From: an uncultured Planctomycetaceae bacterium
GTDB taxonomy: Bacteria > Planctomycetota > Phycisphaerae > SM23-33
Assembly: GCA_964557575.1 (NCBI GenBank)
Contig: CAZLBC010000001.1
Span: 2,296 to 66,295 of the forward strand
Reading direction: 5' to 3'
DNA length: 64,000 nucleotides
Shown: positions 55,014 to 62,836 of the stretch, one piece after another
Layout: each line of letters begins with the position of its first letter
Position numbering within the stretch: the stretch's first letter is position 1
Translations under genes and position numbers: made by a program
The notes under the pieces: generated by a model
The model's input: only the letters and a program-made list of their open reading frames with translations
The model's database searches: none
Told to the model about the DNA's origin: nothing

Positions 55014-55050
55014 TTAAAAAACCCCTGTCCGGAGGGCCGAACAGGGGTTT
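55014..55050. terminator. rho-independent terminator (strong on minus strand)
   Basis: CCCCTGT-CCGGAGGGCCGA-ACAGGGG flanked by an A-run and a T-run. Precedes tRNA-Phe on the minus strand. Confidence 0.55.
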
Positions 55051-55246
55051 CGTGTGTGCAACCGGTGTTCAGCCCTACGTGGTGCCCTCCAAATTGAAGG
55101 CATAAATCGCCGCGCACGACAGGAGGTTTCTGTCGTTGTGGCGATGTATCTGTTGGCTGAATCGTTTGGTGAACATCATCATGTTTCCGTTCGCGCCTTT
55201 CGGCGTTCCGTTCGTATCACGATGGAAATGTACAAGGGTCGACGCG

Positions 55247-55272
55247 CGGCGTCAAGAAACTTCCCAATATTT
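55247..55272. promoter_or_regulatory. same unit in inverted orientation within palindrome CAAGAAA...TTTCTTG
   Basis: CAAGAAACTTCCCAATATTTTTCTTG. Confidence 0.3.
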
Positions 55273-55281
55273 TTCTTGTTT

Positions 55282-55527
55282 TTATTCCGACGTCTTCCAC
55301 GTCCACGTTACCGCTTCCTCCGGCTCTTCCGGACCGCGATCCGGAATAATCACGATCCGGCTCGTCAACGAAACATCGCAAACCGCGTCGGATTCCGCGA
55401 TTTCCCGGATCAACTCCCGAATCGCGGTCATGTGCTTCGTGATCTTCGATCGGTACTCCGCGAGTTCCGGACGGATGTCGTTCACGAGTTCTTCCTTCGG
55501 AACAAGCACGTTTTTAACGGTTTTCAT
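55282..55527 (-). CDS. hypothetical protein
   Basis: GAGGTGA RBS. Confidence 0.5.
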   Translation of the reverse strand: MKTVKNVLVPKEELVNDIRPELAEYRSKITKHMTAIRELIREIAESDAVCDVSLTSRIVIIPDRGPEEPEEAVTWTWKTSE

Positions 55528-55530
55528 GCG

Positions 55531-56136
55531 TCACCTCGCGTTATGGTTCGATTGCACCTGCCGGATTCCAAACCCGTCGCTGTGCATAACGATTTGCGAT
55601 GCGGGATTGTTCGTCTCGGAACCTGCGTCAAGCCGAACGCGGTACGCTTCGCCGAAAGACTCGTCCAGCCGTTCGACGATAACGCCCGGCGTGCGCGCGC
55701 TGAAAACATCGGTGATCACCCCGTCGCCGACCCGGTAGTCCACGCCAATGTCTCGCAAGTTGAAAACGGCCTGCAAACCGCCGAGCGAAGACATGCTGTC
55801 CAGTACGCGCGGGTCGTCCGGGTTCCTGTCCACATCGAACGACCGCTCTTCGCCGTCGCCGTAAAACGCGGACACCTTGCGGCCGACGACGTCAACCACC
55901 GCGCCGAACAGCGCGCCGATAACGTGATCGCTGGCGATCCACAACACGGGGTCGCCTACGCGGAAATCCTTCGTGAGAAGCGTTGGGGGCGCGACAGGAC
56001 GTCGAACGCGCTGCAGTACGGCATCTGCGGACGGGGGAAGGTTAAACGCCGCCAGAGAAGCGTACAAACGGCTTCCGCGCGGAACGCCGTTGTCCACGAC
56101 CTTCCCGCGAACGTGAAACTTCATGTTGGATTCCAC
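55531..56136 (-). CDS. hypothetical protein
   Basis: GTG start after GAGGAG. Confidence 0.5.
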   Translation of the reverse strand: MESNMKFHVRGKVVDNGVPRGSRLYASLAAFNLPPSADAVLQRVRRPVAPPTLLTKDFRVGDPVLWIASDHVIGALFGAVVDVVGRKVSAFYGDGEERSFDVDRNPDDPRVLDSMSSLGGLQAVFNLRDIGVDYRVGDGVITDVFSARTPGVIVERLDESFGEAYRVRLDAGSETNNPASQIVMHSDGFGIRQVQSNHNAR

Positions 56137-56600
56137 TGCACGATCTCCTCGACGTCAACATCCTCGAAATCCGTCAAGGGGATCGCGCGGCCCTCCTTGC
56201 GAAGTCCGAGTACCGTCTGGTCTAACAACTGAAGTATCGGCGGACTGACAAACACGAGGCACTTCCGGAACTCGTCTTCCGCGACGTCGGCGATCTTCCT
56301 AAGCGGGGTTAAACGGATCGCCTGCCGGAACATGTGAAGGGAGGCGCGCATGTAGACTTCCGTGTCGAGGCTGTCGCCCAACCGGTAACCTTCAACGCGG
56401 CGATGCGGCGCGCCGCGCTCCACGGGACCCGCGTTCTTGGCTAAGTCGCGCTCAACCCGCAAGCGGCGCGACACGAACTCCAGCGAATCATAGACAACGA
56501 TCCCGATCGGAAACGCGTCGGGGTTGATGACAACCGGGGCGATCACCGTGTTTCCCTCGGCGACGTACGCGTAAACCCATTTTCCCTCAAATCGGGGCGT
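56121..56600 (-). CDS. C-terminal portion of a protein that may be joined to the upstream ORF by a +1 frameshift
   Basis: The protein-like frame begins with no start codon at ...FEGKWVYAYVAEG. It is reached from ORF 56587..56901 by a +1 shift at AUU UGA G. Confidence 0.3.
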   Translation of the reverse strand, partial: TPRFEGKWVYAYVAEGNTVIAPVVINPDAFPIGIVVYDSLEFVSRRLRVERDLAKNAGPVERGAPHRRVEGYRLGDSLDTEVYMRASLHMFRQAIRLTPLRKIADVAEDEFRKCLVFVSPPILQLLDQTVLGLRKEGRAIPLTDFEDVDVEEIVQWNPT

Positions 56601-56901
56601 CAGCACAACTGGATTCCTCTCCGAACCGTCCCTTGCGAAGCACGCGAAGAAGCGGGTACACTTTCGGGTTCTCTTCCGCAAGCGCGGCGAAGAAACGACA
56701 CCGCTTGACAATGAAGTCGGTGCGCCCCACACCGCCGACCACGCAAGCGACACGCGGCGACGGTTCGTCTTCCATGTAAACGCGCGCGACCTCGGCTTCC
56801 GGGATGATCTTCGAAAGCATCACGAAGGCTTCGTTGAACTCCCGGCGGAGGCCGTTCTCGTTAACCCAGTTCAGGACTTCCGGTTCCACGTTCTTTTTCA
56901 T
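56587..56901 (-). CDS. hypothetical protein (N-terminal part of possible frameshifted gene)
   Basis: GGAGAG RBS. Ends at a TGA that overlaps the continuing frame. Confidence 0.45.
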   Translation of the reverse strand: MKKNVEPEVLNWVNENGLRREFNEAFVMLSKIIPEAEVARVYMEDEPSPRVACVVGGVGRTDFIVKRCRFFAALAEENPKVYPLLRVLRKGRFGEESSCADAPI

Positions 56902-57094
56902 TATCGCTCTCCGTGCCGCGTTCCGCGTCGAGAGCAGTATCCGAGATCAGTTTCGAATAGTCAAATTCGTCCCCGGTCGGGCTTTCAACCGTTGAAAGCA
57001 TGACCGACGCAAGCTGATGTCCGATGCTCGATCTCCAAAGCCATGTGGACCTTTTCCGGGGAAAACCCCCGAATTTCATTGAACGAAATCATCC
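56861..57094 (-). CDS. small protein whose two halves lie in different frames (possible +1 frameshift)
   Basis: ATG at 57094 sits 7 nt after AAGGAG and gives MISFNEIRGFSPEKVHMALEIEHRTSACVGHAFNG, then TGA. The +1 frame continues ESPTGDEFDYSKLISD... to 56861. Confidence 0.3.
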
Positions 57095-57171
57095 GGTTTC
57101 TCCTTGTAAAAGAAGCCCGCGAGGGGAACGCGGGCTGCTGACGGGGTGATCGACGGATTTTGGGGATACCG

Positions 57172-57486
57172 TCAATCGTTGGGTTTCGGGTGGATTCGGG
57201 CCAGAATGTCGACTTGAGAAATCAGCATGTAATCCTCGTCGTCGACTTTGATTTCGGTTCCCCCGTACATCGCGATGATGACGCGGTCTCCGCTTTTGAG
57301 GGGGCACTCCCCGTCCCCGTCCTCGACGGGAACATTGATCACGGTCGCCTTGTTCGTGGCCTGCTGCGCCGTGTGCGGCAGTATAATGCCGCCTTTCGAG
57401 ACGTCTTCCGGCTTGTCTTTTTGAACGAGAATACGATCGTTCAACGGTTCAAGTCGGCACGTCTTCTTTTTCGCTTCGGACGTCAT
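57172..57486 (-). CDS. groES: co-chaperonin GroES
   Basis: GGAAGGAG RBS. LEPLNDRILVQK...GGIILPHTAQ...GDRVIIAMYGGTEIKVDDEDYMLISQVDILA matches the Cpn10 family. Confidence 0.8.
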   Translation of the reverse strand: MTSEAKKKTCRLEPLNDRILVQKDKPEDVSKGGIILPHTAQQATNKATVINVPVEDGDGECPLKSGDRVIIAMYGGTEIKVDDEDYMLISQVDILARIHPKPND

Positions 57487-57533
57487 TCCGGACTCCTTCC
57501 TGAAAAAATGGTGGATCGTGCTAAAAAATTTTT

Positions 57534-57640
57534 GACCCTGACAGGATTCGAACCTGCACTGCATTAGTTTCTTGCACCACTTCACAGCCCGGCTCTTGGT
57601 GCAACACACCGGGGCGTCTGCCATTTCCGCCACAGGATCA
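57534..57640 (-). other. tRNA-like element (about 107 nt) with unresolved fold
   Basis: 3' end GCAGG-UUCGAAU-CCUGU-CAGGGUC-A pairs with GAUCCUG 107 nt upstream. D-loop AAAUGGCAGA resembles the Leu-type family. Confidence 0.25.
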
Positions 57641-57648
57641 AATTCTAA

Positions 57649-57670
57649 ACACACACACACACACACACAC
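57649..57670. repeat. (AC)11 dinucleotide microsatellite
   Basis: ACACACACACACACACACACAC in the non-coding region between the tRNA-like element and the tmRNA. Confidence 0.8.
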
Positions 57671-57852
57671 GACTTTGGCGAACCGCAGCGTAACGCATCC
57701 GCACCGACCGCCATTGACCCTACTCCGGTAACGCGGCTCAGTCCTGACCAAGCCCCTTCGGGTCCGCGCCGACCTGATGGATGCCGAACTATAGCGTCAC
57801 GTGCCGGACTTACAACATCACGTACTCGACGATCTCAAAGCCGTGAATATTT

Positions 57853-58315
57853 TGGTGGAGGCGAGGGGAATCGAACCCCTGTGCTGAATCTCTTCCGTAT
57901 CAGCGTCCCCATGTTCACCCTAGTCCTGCCTCACTCCAAGGGTACGGTGAGGGGCTTGTTGTGACACGTTTCCAGTGCCGCACACGGGTCGTGCGCAAAT
58001 GAGGAGTGCGTCTTTCCGCGTCGTCCCTCGTATGTACCTCGAACGCCGGGACTTACTTGTCAGCCGTCTCTCCGCACAGGGTTGTCCCCGTGGCCCCCAT
58101 GTTTCGCTCGCCGCTACTTAGGGTGCGCTGTCCGTTCTTGTAGGTGTCCCCATGACGTTACCAGAACAATCTCACGTCATGGAGTGCGGCTAGGCCGCGT
58201 TTGCTAAAGCAGGTTCAGCAATTAGTTGTTGAGCGCAGTTTTTAACGTGGACTGACGTTCATACCACGACATGCAGCCGATACTTCCAACGACCAGTCGA
58301 AACCAAGTCGCCCCC
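57853..58315 (-). ncRNA. ssrA: tmRNA (SsrA-like)
   Basis: 5' end GGGGGCGACUUGGUUUCGACUGG pairs with 3' end AGGGG-UUCGAUU-CCCCU-CGCCUCC-A-CCA. The UUCGAC 5' motif matches bacterial tmRNAs. Internal candidate tag reading frame ...AEPALANAA-UAG. No protein-coding ORF over 800 nt. Confidence 0.55.
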
Positions 58316-58352
58316 GATTTTCAAAGATCACGCTGAAACGGGTAATTCCGTT

Positions 58353-58850
58353 TCAGCGGCGCAAAATACTGTCGAAAATCCCGGAGAATCCGCTGACGAA
58401 AACCGGGCAATTACAAAATTCGATCCCGGCGGCTTCGATCCGCTGCTCGATCTCAGCCTGCAACACGAGCCAAGCGATCGTCCCGATCTTGTCCGCCGTA
58501 GAACGCCCGACGGGCTTCTCCGAAAATGTTCCGTCATCGTCGGGAACCATCACCGAGACGCGGAATCCGGACGGTTTGACTGGTACCGTGACCGCGTCTT
58601 CGGAATACTTGGCCGCGCTTTCGTCAGCCGAGTAGGTCTCCGTGACGTAGATTTCGCGTACTCCCTTGAATTTGACCTTGATCAGTTCGTCCCCCGCGTC
58701 CTCGTGCGAGACGGCCTCTTGATCCGGCATGTCGACCTCTGCGGCCGTAAACATGTCGGAAACCAAATCGACGAGTTCAAACAAACGCTTGACGCGCTCT
58801 TCCTCGGTCCGCTCGACACGGAGCTTCGCTTCAACCTGAATCTTCGGCAT
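58353..58850 (-). CDS. hypothetical protein
   Basis: GAGGAGG RBS. Lies downstream of the tmRNA. Confidence 0.55.
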   Translation of the reverse strand: MPKIQVEAKLRVERTEEERVKRLFELVDLVSDMFTAAEVDMPDQEAVSHEDAGDELIKVKFKGVREIYVTETYSADESAAKYSEDAVTVPVKPSGFRVSVMVPDDDGTFSEKPVGRSTADKIGTIAWLVLQAEIEQRIEAAGIEFCNCPVFVSGFSGIFDSILRR

Positions 58851-58918
58851 CTTTTTTTTCCTCCTCGATTACCGATTCCTCTACACCCGTATATATCGGC
58901 AAACGAGGGCAAAAAACA

Positions 58919-59386
58919 TTAGTCTTTCTTCGACTTTTTCTTCTTTTTTCGTTTCTTGCGGTTCAGCGGCGACGGCTCGTCCTGCGGAAGGTACCCGCTT
59001 CCGGGTTGTCCCATCGCAGCGGAGGTCTGCGAGAATCCGCCGACATTCCCCGACGTCATCGCTTCGCCGACGGTGCCCTTGTCGGCATTGTCCCGGACTG
59101 TCCGCGCGGCTTTCAGCAGTCCGGCCTTGACCTCGTCGAACGGGATCACCGTGGAGTAGTAATACGGGTCCTCCGTCAGGTGATCCAGCGTGATTTCCAA
59201 CGCCTCTCCGGCGTCGTCGGTGTGTTCCATTTCAACAGCAATGCCCGCGACAATCTGGCAGTAGCAAAAATCTCTGACACGTGCGTCGTCCCCGACGCCG
59301 CCTTCGACCTCATTACCCGCCATGCTCGGGTCGTCATCGGATTCCCGGAGCATCCGGTGCATCACGTCTCGACTTGTACGCTTCAT
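58919..59386 (-). CDS. hypothetical protein with poly-Lys C-terminus
   Basis: ACGGAGGG RBS at Met19. Confidence 0.5.
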   Translation of the reverse strand: MKRTSRDVMHRMLRESDDDPSMAGNEVEGGVGDDARVRDFCYCQIVAGIAVEMEHTDDAGEALEITLDHLTEDPYYYSTVIPFDEVKAGLLKAARTVRDNADKGTVGEAMTSGNVGGFSQTSAAMGQPGSGYLPQDEPSPLNRKKRKKKKKSKKD

Positions 59387-59444
59387 AAAAAAGCCCTCCG
59401 TTTCGCAACCAAGTATGCGACGGAGGGCCTCACGTGTCAAATAA

Positions 59445-59515
59445 TGCGTCGGACGGGGATCGAACCCGTTACCACGTTTTTAGAGAACGCCGCCTATCCA
59501 TTCGGCTTCCGACGC
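59445..59515 (-). tRNA. tRNA with anticodon CUA (amber-suppressor-like)
   Basis: Acceptor GCGUCGG/CCGACGC, A73. Anticodon stem GCGUU/AACGU with loop CUCUAAA (U33, anticodon CUA, purine 37). T-arm ACGGG-UUCGAUC-CCCGU. Confidence 0.5.
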
Positions 59516-59523
59516 AATTCGAC

Positions 59524-60216
59524 TTAAACGTCCGAGATGCGGCCGGTCTTGGGATCGACGTCGACGACAAACGGGGAAACGGAAGGTCCGTACCGGTTCA
59601 CCGGGACCGACACCTCGGCTCGATTGTGCATCCGAAGGTCTTCCGGACGGTGAATCTCGATCACCGCTGTCGCCATCGCCGCCGTCGCCCACGGGGCTTC
59701 CCCGGGACCTTCCCTCGAAGACTCCTTTGACGATCCGCTGTCGAAATCCCCGTTGCGTCGCAACTGGGTACTGGTGAACACCGGACACCCCAGCGCGGCC
59801 CCGACGCGCTGCAGCGCGCAAAAAGCCAAAGACGTGCTGATACGCGGAATCGGGTCCACGATCAGCATGTCGGTCTGGAAAGCCGCACGCGAGACCACGC
59901 CCAACACGTCGAAGAAAACCAAATCGGGCGACAACGTCCGGTACGTGTCGGAAAACAACGATCCGTCAACCTCGTTCGGGAGAAAGTCGCTGTACTTGAG
60001 CATGACCTCGCTCGGCGACAATTCGAAGTCGGAGGTCATGTGGATCACGTTGAACCCGTTCAACGCGGCGTGCGCTCCGATGGAGCAAAGCATCGAAGTC
60101 TTCCCGTCCTTCGGGCGCGCCGCGACCACGACCACGTCACCCGCGTGAAACCCTTTGTCCGGGTGACTCGCGCGAACGGCGTTGTTGATTTTTGAAAAGG
60201 GAGTTTCAATCGACAT
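59524..60216 (-). CDS. DnaB-like / RecA-fold ATPase domain protein
   Basis: VVVAARPKDGKTS Walker A and LIVDPIP Walker B-like. Only the C-terminal helicase domain is present. Confidence 0.5.
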   Translation of the reverse strand: MSIETPFSKINNAVRASHPDKGFHAGDVVVVAARPKDGKTSMLCSIGAHAALNGFNVIHMTSDFELSPSEVMLKYSDFLPNEVDGSLFSDTYRTLSPDLVFFDVLGVVSRAAFQTDMLIVDPIPRISTSLAFCALQRVGAALGCPVFTSTQLRRNGDFDSGSSKESSREGPGEAPWATAAMATAVIEIHRPEDLRMHNRAEVSVPVNRYGPSVSPFVVDVDPKTGRISDV

Positions 60217-60286
60217 GATTCGGTCCTCGATTAGAAAAAGGTGAAAAGAAAAGCCGAACCCTGTCCAAAGGTTCGGCCGGTTTCAG

Positions 60287-60652
60287 TCATTCGCGTTCGG
60301 AGCAATACTGCATGGTCGTCATCGCGAACTGCTGCGACCAACCCCATTCGTCCATGACGAACTGGTTGAACTCCTCGGTCGTCAGTTCGACTTCGTCGCC
60401 GACTTGAAGCTCGAACATCCGAATGAACTTGTTGTACTCCTTCTCGAACGTCCGTGGTGCCTGTTTGGCGAACGGGACGAGAGGGTCTCCGTTGCTGACG
60501 CGTTCGATCTGCTCCTGCAGGTGCTTGACGACCTGCTTCTGGTAGATTTCCTGCGCCTCTTCGGCGTTCTTGATGTGCGTCTCCCGATTCTTCCGGAGAA
60601 TCTCCAGAATCTCGGCCTTGGGAAAACGACGTACCGTCGCGTTGCGGTTCAT
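60287..60652 (-). CDS. hypothetical protein
   Basis: ORF 60287..61042 trimmed to Met131 behind GAGGAGG. Confidence 0.5.
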   Translation of the reverse strand: MNRNATVRRFPKAEILEILRKNRETHIKNAEEAQEIYQKQVVKHLQEQIERVSNGDPLVPFAKQAPRTFEKEYNKFIRMFELQVGDEVELTTEEFNQFVMDEWGWSQQFAMTTMQYCSERE

Positions 60653-60675
60653 GTCGTGTACCTCCTCAAAGTGGT

Positions 60676-60713
60676 AAAAAAAAAACGAACCGGTCAGACG
60701 TTCTGACCGGTTT
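60676..60713 (-). terminator. rho-independent terminator
   Basis: 11-bp stem AACCGGTCAGA/TCTGACCGGTT followed by U10 on the minus strand. Confidence 0.6.
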
Positions 60714-60879
60714 CCTGTTCCTGTTGTACCGCCCGGATCACCGCGATGTGCTGGATAAACGCTTCTTTCGCGAATTTCTCGACTTCGTGTTTTTGCGCGA
60801 CCGCGTCTTTCGAACCGTAGTGTTTCGCGATTGACTCGCGAACGGCGCGTTCGACATCGATTGTGACCTTGACCTTCAT
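60694..60879 (-). CDS. small hypothetical protein
   Basis: CGGAGGA RBS at Met22. The stop lies inside the terminator stem. Confidence 0.45.
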   Translation of the reverse strand: MKVKVTIDVERAVRESIAKHYGSKDAVAQKHEVEKFAKEAFIQHIAVIRAVQQEQETGQNV

Positions 60880-61011
60880 CGGTTCCTCCGAGAATAAAAC
60901 CGCGCCGGTCGCCTCCCCCGGTGTCAGATACCGCAGTGCCAAAGAACCGGGTTATCGTCCTGCGGTCTGTGAGGCGGCAATCGCTCCACCATGACCGGCG
61001 CGGAATTTTAA

Positions 61012-61084
61012 TCGTCGCGGAGGGATTCGAACCCCCAACCAACTGGGTGTAAACCAGTCACTCTAACCGTTGAGTTACGCGACG
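61012..61084 (-). tRNA. tRNA-Val (anticodon UAC)
   Basis: D-arm ACUC-AACGGUUA-GAGU. Stem ACUGG/CCAGU with loop UUUACAC. Confidence 0.6.
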
Positions 61085-61092
61085 GATGCCCG

Positions 61093-61410
61093 CTACATTT
61101 CCAACGTGATGGTTCCCTGTTTTCCTCCGGAACTTCCGACAATTTCGCCATGGAGGATGTAGCAGTTCTCCATGGAACGAACCGCGTCGCGCTTCAAAAT
61201 GAAATCGTCGGGGTCGCCGTCGGATTCCTTCACGACAACGAAAACATCCCGGGGCGTCATCGTCAGCTTTTTCGGGATGTCCGGGACATCGCCCGCTTGC
61301 GTTTCGAACACCTTGACGGCGCATCCCGCGTCCGCAAGAGAATGCCGAATTGCTTCGGCGACTGTCGTCTTTCCCGCGCCGACCGGGCCTTCAATCGTAA
61401 TCTTCAACAT
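61093..61410 (-). CDS. P-loop NTPase (small kinase-like)
   Basis: GAGGTGGA RBS at Met18. GPVGAGKTT Walker A. Confidence 0.5.
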   Translation of the reverse strand: MLKITIEGPVGAGKTTVAEAIRHSLADAGCAVKVFETQAGDVPDIPKKLTMTPRDVFVVVKESDGDPDDFILKRDAVRSMENCYILHGEIVGSSGGKQGTITLEM

Positions 61411-61463
61411 TAGTGTCCACCTCGTGTTCAAACTATAAAATGAACTGAGCTGCCGCACCAACT

Positions 61464-62564
61464 TTATTGCGCGCCTTTTCTACGATTACAATCCGCGCAA
61501 AGCATACGTCCATTATTCGTATCCGTCTTGCCGCCTTGAGACCATGGAGTAATATGGTCGGCGTGCATTTCCGCCAGATCGCATTCTTTATCACATTGCG
61601 CGCATTGGCCGCTTTGTTTCTCATACATCGTGCGTCGTTGCTTCTTATCGAAAGCTCGAATGTTGAGATGTTTTACTTCTCCCGTGAGAACATACGCATA
61701 AATCCCGCGTTTATTCGTCACGTCTTCATCAGCCATCAACACGGAAATCCGATCTTCCAACTCTTCAGCATCAAGCGTGTCATTTTTGTGAGCTTCGTAC
61801 ATTTCATTCCACGGCAAGCCCTTCATCTCTTTGCGGTATTCCGTAAATACCGTTTGGACCCAGCGTATCACTTTTTTGAAGTAGTTCCATAGAGAATTTG
61901 CATTTTGCCGGTGCTGATGGGTCGCCATGTAAGATCGAATGTGCATGTCGTTCGGCTGATTCTCTTTCGTCGCCCACTTGATGGCCAATTCAAGCAATTC
62001 TTGCCGAATCGGACTGCCTTTGACGTAGGCCCCTCCAAGTTGATAAGCCGCACAGCTTCTCCGAGAAAACCGTCTCTTCGCGTCGGACAACCATGGACCA
62101 GTATATACAGCGTTGCGTAGTTCTTGTTCAGTTAATGGTTCTCCGGCAATGTTAACGGTCTTGAACCATTCCAATAACTCGGTATGACTTCCCGAGCACT
62201 GATAAATCATGAGTTCGTAGTCAAGAATGCGGGACTGGGTCTCTTCACCCAAGTTGGCAAAGTTCATTGCATTGACTTGGAACATGCCGGAAACGTATTG
62301 GCAGATTGAAATAGTGCGTTGCTGTCCGTCGAGGATTTCGAAAGTGTCATCATCATGTTTGGCCCAGTACATGATATTAAGGGGCAAGCCTTTGAGCACG
62401 GAGTCAATAACCGCATTACGTTGGGCGGCGTCATAAACGAACTCTCGTTGATATGGCGGTCGGATGTCTAACAGGCCGTTGTAGCCTTTGACTCCTTCTT
62501 CCGCGTTATCTTCGTACCCGGCCACAACTTCGCGAATCGGGATATTGTGCAGTTCAACTCTCAT
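61464..62564 (-). CDS. DUF262 + HNH (GmrSD-like type IV restriction endonuclease-like)
   Basis: N-terminal ILDGQQRT (DGQQR, DUF262/ParB-like NTPase). C-terminal HADHITPWSQGG...N...CADCNRRKG (HNH/DUF1524). Low GC compared with its surroundings. Confidence 0.7.
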   Translation of the reverse strand: MRVELHNIPIREVVAGYEDNAEEGVKGYNGLLDIRPPYQREFVYDAAQRNAVIDSVLKGLPLNIMYWAKHDDDTFEILDGQQRTISICQYVSGMFQVNAMNFANLGEETQSRILDYELMIYQCSGSHTELLEWFKTVNIAGEPLTEQELRNAVYTGPWLSDAKRRFSRRSCAAYQLGGAYVKGSPIRQELLELAIKWATKENQPNDMHIRSYMATHQHRQNANSLWNYFKKVIRWVQTVFTEYRKEMKGLPWNEMYEAHKNDTLDAEELEDRISVLMADEDVTNKRGIYAYVLTGEVKHLNIRAFDKKQRRTMYEKQSGQCAQCDKECDLAEMHADHITPWSQGGKTDTNNGRMLCADCNRRKGAQ

Positions 62565-62628
62565 GAGGTTATTCCTTTGTTGTCATTTGTTTCTGTACAG
62601 TTCTGTCATGTATGCGTAGGAATAATGA

Positions 62629-62826
62629 TTATACATCTTCCTCTGTAATATCGCCTATCTTGATTAAGACGTATTGGTAAAACCTACTGTCATTACTAGG
62701 ACTTAAAGAAATACGTCCTATTGGCACCTTAAAACAGGGGTCATTTTCTGTGGTTTTGATCTCTATCGTATTACCTGTTTGCCTACAAAAGTAAGTATTA
62801 ATACGGGTTCTTTTCTTGTCTTTCAT
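62629..62826 (-). CDS. small hypothetical protein (island)
   Basis: AT-rich 65-aa ORF between the MTase and the GmrSD-like gene. Confidence 0.4.
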   Translation of the reverse strand: MKDKKRTRINTYFCRQTGNTIEIKTTENDPCFKVPIGRISLSPSNDSRFYQYVLIKIGDITEEDV

Positions 62827-62836
62827 GTCTTGTTTC

